A stretch of DNA of 64,000 bases from a virus. Each line of letters opens with the position of its first letter. Within the stretch, counting starts at the first letter, position 1. The stretch is from positions 1 through 64,000 of IMG/VR virus record IMGVR_UViG_3300007274_000026; one strand, written 5' to 3'. The notes beneath the pieces are model-generated. The model was not told the DNA's origin, did no database searches, and worked only from the letters and a program-made list of their open reading frames with translations. The translations under genes were made by a program, and so were the position numbers. Shown piece by piece: positions 29,818 through 39,628 of this stretch.

Positions 29818-30132
29818 GTGACCGAAACCGCAATCGCCAACTGCGCCAAAACCAACAACCTTGTTGTTCGCCTGAACGACAAGTTCGGCGAGCACTACAG
29901 CTTCAGCGTTGAGTACGGCCGCAAGTACGCCCGCATCGTCCAGGCCGATCCTGCTTCCAGCTACGCCCAGCGCTCCGTCTATTGCTTCGTTCGGATCGAA
30001 GACGGCGCCATTCTGAAATCAGCCAGCTGGAAGTCTCCCGCCAAAGGCGTCCGCGCCTGGCTGGATCAAATCCTGGCCAGCGACCTGGCCGGGGTGGATC
30101 AATACACCGGCTGGCTTTACCGGGGCCGCTGA
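29818..30132 (+). CDS. Conserved phage hypothetical protein
   Basis: GRKYARI...SVYCFV...G.ILK.ASW..PAKGVR motif, which I recall from many phage early proteins. Confidence 0.75.
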   Translation: MTETAIANCAKTNNLVVRLNDKFGEHYSFSVEYGRKYARIVQADPASSYAQRSVYCFVRIEDGAILKSASWKSPAKGVRAWLDQILASDLAGVDQYTGWLYRGR

Positions 30133-30245
30133 TCTGACCGCCCTCCGCAAGGGGGGGGCTTTTTAAATGCTGGCCAATTTCCAGCCCCATTGCTCCATTG
30201 CTGGCTAAAGGTGGTATAGTTATTCCTGTCAGCCACCACACCGAC

Positions 30246-30437
30246 ATGAACGCCTTCTTCATCTTCTCCGCTTGCTCCTACGATATGGAGAACAACCCTG
30301 ATTACGGCATCGTTCAGGAGCCCGGCTCCTTCGCTACCCGTGAATCAGCAGAGGCCGCGGCAGAAGAACTCAACGCAACCCAGTTCCCCGATCATTTCTG
30401 GGTCCTGACCGCAGAAGAGGCCGCTAACGCCGCCTGA
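30246..30437 (+). CDS. Small acidic early protein
   Basis: F.TRE.AE.AA motif; promoter and leader upstream. Confidence 0.6.
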   Translation: MNAFFIFSACSYDMENNPDYGIVQEPGSFATRESAEAAAEELNATQFPDHFWVLTAEEAANAA

Positions 30438-30492
30438 GCCCACCAGCCCCCTTCGGGGGGCTCCCTACCCTTGATCCATACGCCCACCAGCT

Positions 30493-30654
30493 ATGGCCCA
30501 ACCCTCCTACACCGAACTCATGGATCAGCGGCGTGCCGCTCTCCGACAATCCCCTCGCGACATCACCAAAGCTCAATCCCTTCTACGGCAAGCAATGAAG
30601 CTGGTAGAAGAAGGCAAAGTGACAGAAGACGAAATGCTCGCCGCTCATCTCTAG
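30493..30654 (+). CDS. 53-aa helical protein convergent with the MuF-kinase gene
   Basis: MAQPSYTELMDQRRAALRQSPRDITKAQSLLRQAMKLVEEGKVTEDEMLAAHL; shares a CTAG stop overlap. Confidence 0.55.
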   Translation: MAQPSYTELMDQRRAALRQSPRDITKAQSLLRQAMKLVEEGKVTEDEMLAAHL

Positions 30655-32897
30655 ATCCCCTCGTAAAGCTGATCCATATATTGCTTGGCCTTGGCAATCG
30701 GCATCGCAGCCTTTTCCGCTTCATCAACCGCCATGCTCATCATCCCCACAAAATCCCCGTAACCATCTTTCTCCATTGCGGCTGATACTGCCGCTTTGTT
30801 TTTCTTAAACCTGATCCACATCGGCTCACTATCGATCAGCTTCCGCTGATTGCCCCAAATCGCCCTGAACAAGAATTCAGAGGTGAAGCTGGTGTCTGTT
30901 TCCATCGCCTCCACCAAAGCGCTCACAGGGTGGATGTCGGCCATGCCGAAATCAATCAGCGTCGTCTTGCCTGTCGCTTCGTCAAACATCACGTTGCCAC
31001 TATGCATGTCATTGTGGGCAATGCCCGCTTTATGCATTTTCTTCCGTGCCTGCATTGTTCCCTGGAACTGAGCACGCCGAACGCTGACCTTTGGCTCAGC
31101 CTCACGCCAGAACGCAACTGATTTACCCGGGGCAAGACCCATTGTCATGAAGCCCTCTCGCGTTTCATCAATACTTGTTTTCTGAAAATCTTTTTCAATC
31201 CACTTCACACCCTTGAATTCAGGCGTCACGCCCGAATCATTCATTAGTTCCAACGCTGGAATTTCTGTTTTAGAAATCCGCCCGCGTTTTGTAACACCGC
31301 TTGCCGTTCGCCTTGCCTCGCCATAAGCACCAGCCCCAAGAACATCGGCAGGCCCTGCGGCATTAAATTCCGCTTCAGCATCTACGCCTTGAACAGGCGC
31401 TGGCTTAGGTGCTGGGGCGGGCTTAGGCGTTGGCTTGGCCGCGGCTTTCTTGACAGGGGTGGCCTTCGGCTTGGGCGCAGGCTTGGGCGTTGCTGCCTTG
31501 GGCTTGGGCGCCGCTTTCTTCGGTGCTGGCTTAGGCGCAGGCTTCGGCACATCCACCACCTGCCCCGCGCTGCCCGCAGGTGCTGCCACCTTCACCGGCG
31601 GAGCCTTTACCTTCGGCTTGGCCTTCGGCTTCACAGCATTGGCCGGTGCAGCGGGCGCCTTCTTCAGCTTCTGCTTCAGCTGTGATGCCTTCAACGGCTT
31701 CGGCAATGCAGCCTTGGCCTGTTTGGTCGCCTTGCTCTGCGCCTTGGTCAGTGAGCCGGTGTTCCGATAAGTCCGGCCGTTCTTGCCGCCCAGGATCGCG
31801 TCCTGCCCTGCAGCAGGCTGCGCCTTCAGCCAATCGGCATACGTGGGGGGCTTGCCGCTCTTGTTCTTGGCAATCAGCGCCTTCTGCTCAGTAGTGAAGC
31901 TGTTCTGATACTTGGGGTCATAGGCACCAACGAACTTGACCTTGTCGCCTTCCTTGACCGCCATCGTCATTGACCGGCCGCCAGCGTCCCTGCCTGGTAT
32001 GTGGGCGACCAGCACTGAACGACACCGAAAATGGAGGGGTGGCCGCGGCGCATCCTCTTTCTTAAACACCTCACCATCCAGCTGGCGGCAAATGGGCGAA
32101 GTCCGCTGGTCAAGCGTTGCCAAATACCGCACGAACTCAACCGCCGTGTTCTGATTCAGTTGATCCGTCTGAACGGCGTTCGCTGTGGATTGCGCACCCG
32201 TAAGGGCCAACGTCTTCAGCTGGCTGATGGGCGCGTTCATCTTCCCCACCAGCGCACCCTCACCCTTCAGCTGGCGGATAATGTCGGCGTTGGTGGCGCC
32301 TGACAGCACCCCACCGCGGATCTCCCGCTCGAACACTTCATTGAGCCGTATTGCCTGCGCTTTGAAGTCCTGCTGCAGGCTGCGGTTATCAGGGGTCAGA
32401 AATGCATTGGCGAATTCACGCCCGAGCGAATAGGGCTGTTTGGCCGATCCAGCCACAGCCAGTTCAATCGGGCCCATCGTGCTCACCACCCTCAGGGCTT
32501 GCTCGCTAATTAGCGCTTGCCCTCCCACCCCTGGGCCAATACCTGCCGCAGGGCCAGCCTGTAGCGCCTCCTGGGCCAGGTCGCCTTGCTCTACGGCTGA
32601 CGCAACGGTTGCCCTGACTTCAGCAGCGTCTCGCCGCGTCCACGTCGCCAGGTCGCCAGCTACGTCGTCAACGAATTGGTCATAGGAGGCAATCCCTGCC
32701 TCTTGGAAAACAGACTGGATCTGTGAGAGCTGCGCCTCTAGAGCCACCCGCGTCATCTCACCGCCAGTCACATTGATTTTGCGCATCGCATTACGCGCGG
32801 CTGTGCGCAAGACCTTCTCAGCCCGAACGCCTATTTTTTCCGTTTCGCGGGCAAGCCTCAGGCTGTTCTGGATGTGCCTGGCCTCGGGGCTAATCAC
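30651..32897 (-). CDS. MuF / SPP1 gp7-like head morphogenesis protein fused to a C-terminal protein kinase domain
   Basis: YLATLD.RTS.IC..LDG and PPLHF.CRS (MuF); K/P/A-rich linker; LGAGAYG, HNDMHSGN and IDFG (kinase). Confidence 0.85.
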   Translation of the reverse strand: MISPEARHIQNSLRLARETEKIGVRAEKVLRTAARNAMRKINVTGGEMTRVALEAQLSQIQSVFQEAGIASYDQFVDDVAGDLATWTRRDAAEVRATVASAVEQGDLAQEALQAGPAAGIGPGVGGQALISEQALRVVSTMGPIELAVAGSAKQPYSLGREFANAFLTPDNRSLQQDFKAQAIRLNEVFEREIRGGVLSGATNADIIRQLKGEGALVGKMNAPISQLKTLALTGAQSTANAVQTDQLNQNTAVEFVRYLATLDQRTSPICRQLDGEVFKKEDAPRPPLHFRCRSVLVAHIPGRDAGGRSMTMAVKEGDKVKFVGAYDPKYQNSFTTEQKALIAKNKSGKPPTYADWLKAQPAAGQDAILGGKNGRTYRNTGSLTKAQSKATKQAKAALPKPLKASQLKQKLKKAPAAPANAVKPKAKPKVKAPPVKVAAPAGSAGQVVDVPKPAPKPAPKKAAPKPKAATPKPAPKPKATPVKKAAAKPTPKPAPAPKPAPVQGVDAEAEFNAAGPADVLGAGAYGEARRTASGVTKRGRISKTEIPALELMNDSGVTPEFKGVKWIEKDFQKTSIDETREGFMTMGLAPGKSVAFWREAEPKVSVRRAQFQGTMQARKKMHKAGIAHNDMHSGNVMFDEATGKTTLIDFGMADIHPVSALVEAMETDTSFTSEFLFRAIWGNQRKLIDSEPMWIRFKKNKAAVSAAMEKDGYGDFVGMMSMAVDEAEKAAMPIAKAKQYMDQLYEGI

Positions 32898-32973
32898 TCA
32901 ACGGCTAGCTAACATTGGGTTGCGATGGCGTGTTCCAGCACCCACCGCTTGACCAGACAACCGACATTGCCTG

Positions 32974-33540
32974 ATGAATGAATTTTGCCGCGAAGAATGG
33001 CGCCCAGTAAGAGGCTGGGAAGGTTTTTACGAGGTGAGCAATATCGGCCGCGTTCGATCTGTTGGCCGATACGTCAAAGCAGGACCAAAGGGGGTGGGGC
33101 TTGCTTACAGAGAAAGCCGCATCCTGAAGCAGGGCAAAAATCCAAAGGACGGGCGCCCGATGGTATCCCTGTGGCGCGATAACAAGTACAAGCGATTCAG
33201 CACCCACGTCTTGGTTCTTGAGGCGTTCGTAGGGCCGCGGCCTGAGGGAATGTGGGGGCTGCATGGAAAAGGGGGCTGCCTAGATAACAGGGTTGAAAAC
33301 CTTTATTGGGGCACACCTAGCCGCAACAACTTTGCAGACAAGCTGCGCGATGGCACCTACAGCCCACCGCCAGGGTGGGGCCGTGGAAACAAGAACAAGA
33401 ACGCCAAAGCAACGCCAGAAATCGTGCGGGCAATCCGTGAGTCAGACGAGATTCTGAAGGTGCTAGCTAGCCGTTATGGGCTCAACATCAGCACCGTGTC
33501 AGAGATCAGGCGTCGCCGGACGTGGGCTCATCTTCCGTAG
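32974..33540 (+). CDS. NUMOD4-HNH homing endonuclease
   Basis: EEWRPV.GWEG.YEVSN.GRVRS, H.LVLEAF.G and DNRVENL.WGT motifs; antisense, between the portal and MuF genes. Confidence 0.9.
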   Translation: MNEFCREEWRPVRGWEGFYEVSNIGRVRSVGRYVKAGPKGVGLAYRESRILKQGKNPKDGRPMVSLWRDNKYKRFSTHVLVLEAFVGPRPEGMWGLHGKGGCLDNRVENLYWGTPSRNNFADKLRDGTYSPPPGWGRGNKNKNAKATPEIVRAIRESDEILKVLASRYGLNISTVSEIRRRRTWAHLP

Positions 33541-35143
33541 CCTGGCCATCGAGCTTGTTGGTCTCCTCCTCTTCGTCTTCCTCCTCTGCTTCGTCTGGCT
33601 CCTCAGGGGGAAGCTCTTCTAGGTCCATTGCAGGCGCCTCTTCGCTGATTCTTTCCATTTCCTCTTCGACAGACCATTGGTCGAGAGCGTCAAACTCCTC
33701 GGCCGCGGCGAGCTTGCGCAAGAAAGTATCACTAGACAGCAGACCCTGAGTCGTAAGCGCTGCAAACTCCTTGATGTCGGCAGGCTCCATGACGTCAGGG
33801 CTGAAGTCCCGAGGGAGCTTCAGCTCTACTGGGTCGATTTGCATGTAGAGAGCAGCGATAGCCAACGCTTGGTTTAGAGCGTCTTCGAGCTGGCTAACGA
33901 TGACGGAGAGCTGCGCGTCTGATTGAGCGCGGTCGAGCTTTTTGGCCGCGGCAGCCTCGACGCCAGTAGTGCTTTTAACCTGAAGCTGGACTGGCGCCAA
34001 ATGCTGCATGGCGTTCTCCAGGGTTGCCAACCGCTTCAGCATCATTTCAGTCCCGCCCGAAGGCGCACCAATCCACTCTGCTTTGGAAGTTGGATCAGCC
34101 AAGAACAAGCTGCGATCCGGGGACACGGAAACGTCCGCGTTCTCTCCTGCTGTTTGAACACCGCTAATAACTAGCGTTGGTGACGCTGACAAGTGCAGGC
34201 TATGGGCGAGATCAGCCGATGTGGCCCAGTGGCTCAGGTTCAATCGGGCAACATCCAAGAGCATCGGGCGAGCCCGCATGAACCCGTCCTGAACCCCTGC
34301 ATAAGTCGCGACAAACGGGATTAGGGGGATGCCTAGGACCGATTCGTCTTCAAGGGTCCAGCGCTCTTGCTCACCCTGGTTGCTGGCCTTCAGGACGAAC
34401 AGGCGACAGGTTACGGCGCCTTCTTTTTCGGGCTGGTCAAAGACCCGAACGGCAGGGCGCGTGATCTGGTGGAACTCATCCTCAGGGTCAGGCTCAGAAA
34501 CGCTGTCGCGGATTCGGAGCTGGGTGAGCCGTTCGCCGTAGGTGACGGAATCACCGACCTGGATGGTGTCCGTGGTTGTTTGCCAGCCCAGGACATCAGC
34601 CATCGGAACCAAGCTGAAGTAAGGCCGCAAACCGAGCGCCTTTTCCTGCGCGAGGTTTAGGACGCCTTCGACTTTGGGGAAGTCGATGAGGATGCCTGCC
34701 CAGCCTGAGTCGATGGCAGATTCGAGGAGACGGCGGGAGAAGATGGTGAGGGAATCGCCGTCGAGGGTGGCGTTATTGAAGAGGGCTTCCCATTCGGGGG
34801 TGGAGAGTTCGTCAGCGAGGGAGATGGGTTTACGGAGTGCGGTGCCGATGGTGACGCTTTTTAGGGAGCGGTAGAAGGGCTCGAAGGAGGAGAGTGCGGA
34901 GGAGAGGCGTATTGAGTATGCGGAGTCAGATTCGTAGCAGTTTTGAGGGATATAGGTTTGGGCGGCTTCTTCGAGGAAGAGTTCAGGGCGGGAACAGTAG
35001 GAGGTAGGTATTAGGAAGGGGAGTGCGGCAGATTGCTGGTCGGAGTAGACCGCTACGGAGGCGAAGGGATCGTTAGCGGTATTGCGCTGAGTACGACGGA
35101 GGTCGGAGTTGTAATCAGCGGGTGGTAGGGAGGAGATGGCCAT
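33506..35143 (-). CDS. Portal protein (DUF4055-like)
   Basis: 545 aa; G.AGILID.P, RPYF, IP.IPFV, P.LLD.A.LNL.H and H..A.P motifs; acidic tail. Confidence 0.85.
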   Translation of the reverse strand: MAISSLPPADYNSDLRRTQRNTANDPFASVAVYSDQQSAALPFLIPTSYCSRPELFLEEAAQTYIPQNCYESDSAYSIRLSSALSSFEPFYRSLKSVTIGTALRKPISLADELSTPEWEALFNNATLDGDSLTIFSRRLLESAIDSGWAGILIDFPKVEGVLNLAQEKALGLRPYFSLVPMADVLGWQTTTDTIQVGDSVTYGERLTQLRIRDSVSEPDPEDEFHQITRPAVRVFDQPEKEGAVTCRLFVLKASNQGEQERWTLEDESVLGIPLIPFVATYAGVQDGFMRARPMLLDVARLNLSHWATSADLAHSLHLSASPTLVISGVQTAGENADVSVSPDRSLFLADPTSKAEWIGAPSGGTEMMLKRLATLENAMQHLAPVQLQVKSTTGVEAAAAKKLDRAQSDAQLSVIVSQLEDALNQALAIAALYMQIDPVELKLPRDFSPDVMEPADIKEFAALTTQGLLSSDTFLRKLAAAEEFDALDQWSVEEEMERISEEAPAMDLEELPPEEPDEAEEEDEEEETNKLDGQATEDEPTSGDA

Positions 35144-35783
35144 GGAATCTTTGCTTGAAGTTGTTTGTTGGGAGAAGCCCCCCCTCTCGCTCGGTTCCCT
35201 CGCTGTCCCCCCCAGGGGGGGGGAAGATGTGGGGTTTTATTGAACGTGGGGACGATTAATGAGAACGGCTTGTTGTGGGAACGACCTCCTACCCCACCCA
35301 CCTCCGTAAGCTTAATTTGAAGTCAAGGGTGTGAATGAGAGTGAGGTTGAGTTTTGGTCCAGATAAGGGGAGGCGGAAGGTGATGGGGATGAGGGCGGAG
35401 CATTGTTGTGAGGTGAGATTGGATGGAGAGGTTGTTGGGTTGTTATTGAAGGGGGGAGGGGTGTGTGAGTACAGGGGGAAGGCGATAGGTAGGAAGGGAT
35501 TGGAATGGGTGTGTGGAGGGGATAGCCGTGATGTGGTGGGGAAATTGCTGGAGAGCCTGGCTAGCTAGGTTTGAGTGAAACCAAGGTTGGCTATGGATGG
35601 GATGGGAAACGTGAGCCCGGCTGACCTGGATAAGGTGTTGAAGGACCTGCAGGACGCGATGAAGGGGTTGAGGATCCATGAGGGATTGAGGAATGCGAGC
35701 ACAGCAGAGCTGCGGGCTGAATTGAAGCGTCGACAAAACAACCAGAATTAACTACGCTTGGCGGTGAACGAATTAGCTAGCGC

Positions 35784-35993
35784 GTGCTGCGAACCACCAC
35801 CGAACGCTTTGTGCTGAAACGGGCCTGTGATGGGCTCTACTTCCAAGAACCGCCAGTGGGGTCGATTAAGGAATGGACGGATGTTGTTGAGGATGCGCGG
35901 ACATGGGCCGATCTAGATAGCTGCTGTGCTGCAGCCTTCACGTGGTTCCGAATTAAGGGCCAACAGCTTGAAGTTCATGGGATCTGTGGATGA
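35784..35993 (+). CDS. Small hypothetical protein
   Basis: 69 aa, WT.....A..W pattern; overlaps the next ORF. Confidence 0.5.
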   Translation: MLRTTTERFVLKRACDGLYFQEPPVGSIKEWTDVVEDARTWADLDSCCAAAFTWFRIKGQQLEVHGICG

Positions 35994-36424
35994 CCGAAAA
36001 CCAGTGGTATGTGCTGCTTGATCGCCACGGTGATCAGGTGATTGCTGTGGCTAAGACCACCCCTATTCATGTGGACTTTTTTGAGGAATTCATTGAGTCG
36101 ATCATTAATCGGCCGATGGCTTACAAGATGGCGTGGAACATCAGCAACCACGAAGGTGGTGCGATGTGGTTCAGGGATTTGCAACGCCACTTAGAGGATG
36201 CTGCCTGTTCCCTGATTGATTCACCATGTATTGGGCGGACACACGGGATGATTGCCAGCCCTGTGGTGTTTACGGGCATCAAGGACGATGAGGGCAAGAT
36301 CCGTTTACTGGATCGCGACATTGCTCACCAGCTGGCTGACCAGCTCAAACGCAATTCACCGATTTGCGTTGAAGGCGACTTGATCCTGTCGACCAACACG
36401 CTGCTAAGCAAAATTGAACGGTGA
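35990..36424 (+). CDS. Hypothetical protein
   Basis: 144-aa ORF; ATGA overlap. Confidence 0.55.
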   Translation: MTENQWYVLLDRHGDQVIAVAKTTPIHVDFFEEFIESIINRPMAYKMAWNISNHEGGAMWFRDLQRHLEDAACSLIDSPCIGRTHGMIASPVVFTGIKDDEGKIRLLDRDIAHQLADQLKRNSPICVEGDLILSTNTLLSKIER

Positions 36425-36662
36425 TCAAGCCAGATCGGCGAGACGCTTTTCTAATTGTTTGATCCGACGTTGCAGGCGCTGATTTTGCTCAAGCGCTAGG
36501 GCTGCAATCGTGAATGGATCCTGGCCGGAACTTGCTAGTTCACGGCGCATGTAGAAACTTTGGGTGTTTTCAGAAGCCATAGAGAACCCCTGATTATGTC
36601 CGCACTGTAACTCATGCCAAGTTAGCTAACCGCGGTAGAGTGGGTGTGGATGCCACCACAGC

Positions 36663-37010
36663 ATGAACACCAACCCCACACGGCAAGAGGTCGTGGACCA
36701 TCGCGATGAGTATCTGGTCGCACGCGAAGAAGTCCTGGACAGGTATTTCGTCCTGGAAGACTTGCTTGCTAACAGCGCTGACTTCGCGCCGGAGGACGTG
36801 CAGGCCATTCACGCGGGCTTGGCTGAAGTTGATAACACCTTGAAACACATCAATGACCGTTTGGCCGAAATGCAAGCGCTGTTGCAGGTGTTTGAGGACC
36901 GCACGGCAGAACCGGCATTGATGCAACCCAAACAACCGCTGATCCGCACGGAACACGTTATTGCGGCTGGGTTCTTCGTGGTAGTGCTGGTGGCCTGCCT
37001 GTTGATTTAG
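36663..37010 (+). CDS. Coiled-coil protein with a C-terminal membrane anchor
   Basis: GCCACCACA leader; C-terminal VIAAGFFVVVLVACLLI. Confidence 0.65.
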   Translation: MNTNPTRQEVVDHRDEYLVAREEVLDRYFVLEDLLANSADFAPEDVQAIHAGLAEVDNTLKHINDRLAEMQALLQVFEDRTAEPALMQPKQPLIRTEHVIAAGFFVVVLVACLLI

Positions 37011-38503
37011 CCGTAGATCTGGATGCCGCGGCTCATCGTGCGGCGTGAGCCACCAAGGGCACCCCAGACGAGATAACGGAAGGCATCACCAGCGTGGCTG
37101 TAATCATTGGCGCCCCCCTTGATCGGTCTTCCGAGCTCGTCATAACTCCAGCGCTCTAGGGAGTCGACGGTGTGCTTCGCACGAAGATCGTTGACACGAA
37201 CCAACCCTCGATGCAGCAGAGCATTGGCATGGGCGAAGGATTCCGCCACTTGCGGGTTCTTCCGTTCGGCCTGCACCGTGATGCCGCTTTCCCTCAGGAT
37301 CTGATGATCAGTCTTGGTTGATGCCGTGCTCTGAGCTGCACCTGCGGCGTCTGGATAGCAAACCAGCTGTTTCCTGATGATCTGATTGCCGTAGGTCCGC
37401 TGCAGGTATTGCGCCGTTTCATAGGTGTTAGTGGTGACGAAGCTCTGAACGACATGCAGCACCCGCTGCTGGCCTTCGGCACGGATTACGCCTGCACAGC
37501 CATGGCAGATCCCCACGTTGAAGTCCAAGCCCACAACGACGTGATCATCTGGACCAATCAACTCACTAGACGCGCAACGCTTGCGGTCGTATTCGCTGAA
37601 GATGCTGGCCTGGGCCAGGTTGACGAACTCACCGTTCAGATAACTCTCAATCAGGGCAGGTGGGTACTGGTCCCGCAGGCTTTGGATGTACTCCGGCGGC
37701 AAGTAGGGGTTATCGGTGGTTTTGGCGCGGATCAGCTGTTTGCTGTTATCCATGTTTTCCACAAAGAAGTCGTGGAGGAACCCGAAGCCCTCTGGTGTGG
37801 AGCAAACGGCAATCTGGGGACGCGGGCCCGTTCTGATCCTGCCCTGTAGAAGGCGGAAGGCGGTGGTTGCCACCTGCGGTTTCACGGTGTCGATCTCGTC
37901 CACGCAAGCCCATGCCGCGTTGACGCCCCTGATTTTCGTGTAGTTCTCGAACGAGCGGAGAAGCACCTTTGAGGTTTGCCCGTCAGGGCACCTGACATGG
38001 ACTTCGGCCGCGGCTTTATGCAGGGTGTAATCAACCCCCCAGTCATCCCAAATGTCCTGCATCTGGGGAATCAGGATGTCGTTCAGGAGCCCGTAAGTTG
38101 GCTCAAGCGCGATCCCCGTAAATCCGGGGTTGTCGTAGCAAAGCTGCAAAATCTTGACGGTCAGGCTGTAGCTCTTCCCAGCGCCGAATCCAGCCACTAG
38201 CCCGACGTGACGGATCGTCTTTTCCTCCAGGAAAGCTCGCTGATGAACGAGGAGCGAATCAAGCCGCTTCTGTTCTTTGAGCTTCGAGACCTTCTCCTCT
38301 AGCTCAGGATTGTCGCCACCCCTGACCAGTGACTGGATGGTCAGATCTTTGTGAAGGGTCTTGGTCAGAATGGACCCAGAACGCTTTTTAAACCCCATGG
38401 CCTCGCCTCCGTACAAAACAACGTCCAGTAACAAGTCCCGCGGGAAGAACCCGAGCATTGAGGCCTTGAGCTCTGCATCCCGTGCCAGCCGCACGCCGTT
38501 CAC
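37007..38503 (-). CDS. terL: Terminase large subunit (start may be the ATG at 38398)
   Basis: Walker A AGFGAGKS, Walker B ACVDE, STPEG, T.DNP.LP..YI..L, GLDFNV, H..DA.RY. Confidence 0.95.
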   Translation of the reverse strand: MNGVRLARDAELKASMLGFFPRDLLLDVVLYGGEAMGFKKRSGSILTKTLHKDLTIQSLVRGGDNPELEEKVSKLKEQKRLDSLLVHQRAFLEEKTIRHVGLVAGFGAGKSYSLTVKILQLCYDNPGFTGIALEPTYGLLNDILIPQMQDIWDDWGVDYTLHKAAAEVHVRCPDGQTSKVLLRSFENYTKIRGVNAAWACVDEIDTVKPQVATTAFRLLQGRIRTGPRPQIAVCSTPEGFGFLHDFFVENMDNSKQLIRAKTTDNPYLPPEYIQSLRDQYPPALIESYLNGEFVNLAQASIFSEYDRKRCASSELIGPDDHVVVGLDFNVGICHGCAGVIRAEGQQRVLHVVQSFVTTNTYETAQYLQRTYGNQIIRKQLVCYPDAAGAAQSTASTKTDHQILRESGITVQAERKNPQVAESFAHANALLHRGLVRVNDLRAKHTVDSLERWSYDELGRPIKGGANDYSHAGDAFRYLVWGALGGSRRTMSRGIQIYG

Positions 38504-38616
38504 ACGCGGCGATGGGGATTCTTCCAGCAGCCTTACGGAAGAGGCAGTGCGCGGTCATAGCCGCCCGAACTGGAAACAGAAGGTCACCAGCGACGGCCGC
38601 CCGATCAGCTGACAAC

Positions 38617-39195
38617 TCAACCCGCCTCATAAGCCTTTTCGTGATTTTCGGAATCAAGCTCCTCGAGGCGGGTATTAAGACTTTCGACGCCCAGGCCTTC
38701 TGACCAAAGGCCTGACGCGGTGGTGGCGGTCTGATTCAGGACGGTCATGAACTTCGTAGCTCGATCAAGCGTCCAATCCTCATCGTTGCTGTTGTCGATG
38801 GCCATATCCGTCTTGGACAACACCTTGGAAGCCAGCACCGACAGATCCTTGCCAAGGGTCTTTTGGAAACGCTCGAATTCTTCGAGCTCAATCCGCATTT
38901 TCTCGCGGCGCGTTTCCGCTTGAATTCGCGCCTTATTGGCCAGATCCCATCTATCGAAGAGTTCGGCGCGAAACGCCCAGCGATTGTCACGCTGGAGAGC
39001 GGAGAGCGTCTTCTGATCTGGCGTTCGTTTGATCTGATCGTCGGCCAGCAGCGCTTTCACCGTCTCGGCGATTGAACGCTGGGGACCAAGCCCCTCAAAT
39101 GTTTTGTAGTAAAGGTAGTGAAGCGCAGATTCACCTGCTTGTTGCTGCCACGCCTTCAGTTCACTTCCGTGAACGACTTCAAGTGGGGAAGACAT
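38617..39195 (-). CDS. terS: Terminase small subunit (probable)
   Basis: W.QQ.GES...Y....LGP.RS...W..RAE.FD motif; upstream of terL. Confidence 0.7.
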   Translation of the reverse strand: MSSPLEVVHGSELKAWQQQAGESALHYLYYKTFEGLGPQRSIAETVKALLADDQIKRTPDQKTLSALQRDNRWAFRAELFDRWDLANKARIQAETRREKMRIELEEFERFQKTLGKDLSVLASKVLSKTDMAIDNSNDEDWTLDRATKFMTVLNQTATTASGLWSEGLGVESLNTRLEELDSENHEKAYEAG

Positions 39196-39289
39196 AACTA
39201 ATCATGGCGCCGCCATTTCTTGATCTAATTAAAGCGAATTGGGAAGGGGCTTGTCCTTGCCAGCCTAGCCAAGGCGGTATAATGGGACC

Positions 39290-39628
39290 ATGACACCCCG
39301 AACCATGGTTGCCAAGCTTGATCTAGATCCTGAACATCTCTGGGAGGTGTATCAGCGCACCGGCAGCCTCAGAGCGGCAAGTCGGGAGATCGGGGCGGGT
39401 CATATGCTCATCAAAGCCCACCTGCAAAGAGCTGGTTACACCGTCGAGAAAAAAGAGACGGGGCAGTCCATGCACCCCAAATTTAAAATTTATATTCGTC
39501 CCGAGCAATTCGAAGCGCTCGATAAGCTCGCCCACGAACGCGGCGTTGAGAACCGCCACGAGATAGGCCGCCAGCTGCTGGACAAAGCCCTCAAAGAAGA
39601 GCTGAAGGACTGGAAGCCGACCGTTTGA
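39290..39628 (+). CDS. HTH plus ribbon-helix-helix regulator
   Basis: GSLRAASREIG helix-turn-helix; FKIYI.PE..EALD.LA..RG; TATAAT 6 nt before the ATG (leaderless). Confidence 0.6.
   Translation: MTPRTMVAKLDLDPEHLWEVYQRTGSLRAASREIGAGHMLIKAHLQRAGYTVEKKETGQSMHPKFKIYIRPEQFEALDKLAHERGVENRHEIGRQLLDKALKEELKDWKPTV

Larger units (their letters stand above)
23720..30450 (+). promoter_or_regulatory. Array of repeated sigma70-type early promoters with CTAGCCA spacer motif, AACCACCAC leaders and GCCCC-N4-GGGGC hairpins
   Basis: Promoters at about 23725, 24247, 25286, 26611, 27511, 28024, 28386, 28666, 29440, 29770 and 30200, each with an extended -10-like box (TG-TAT(A/G/T)-T type). Confidence 0.8.
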
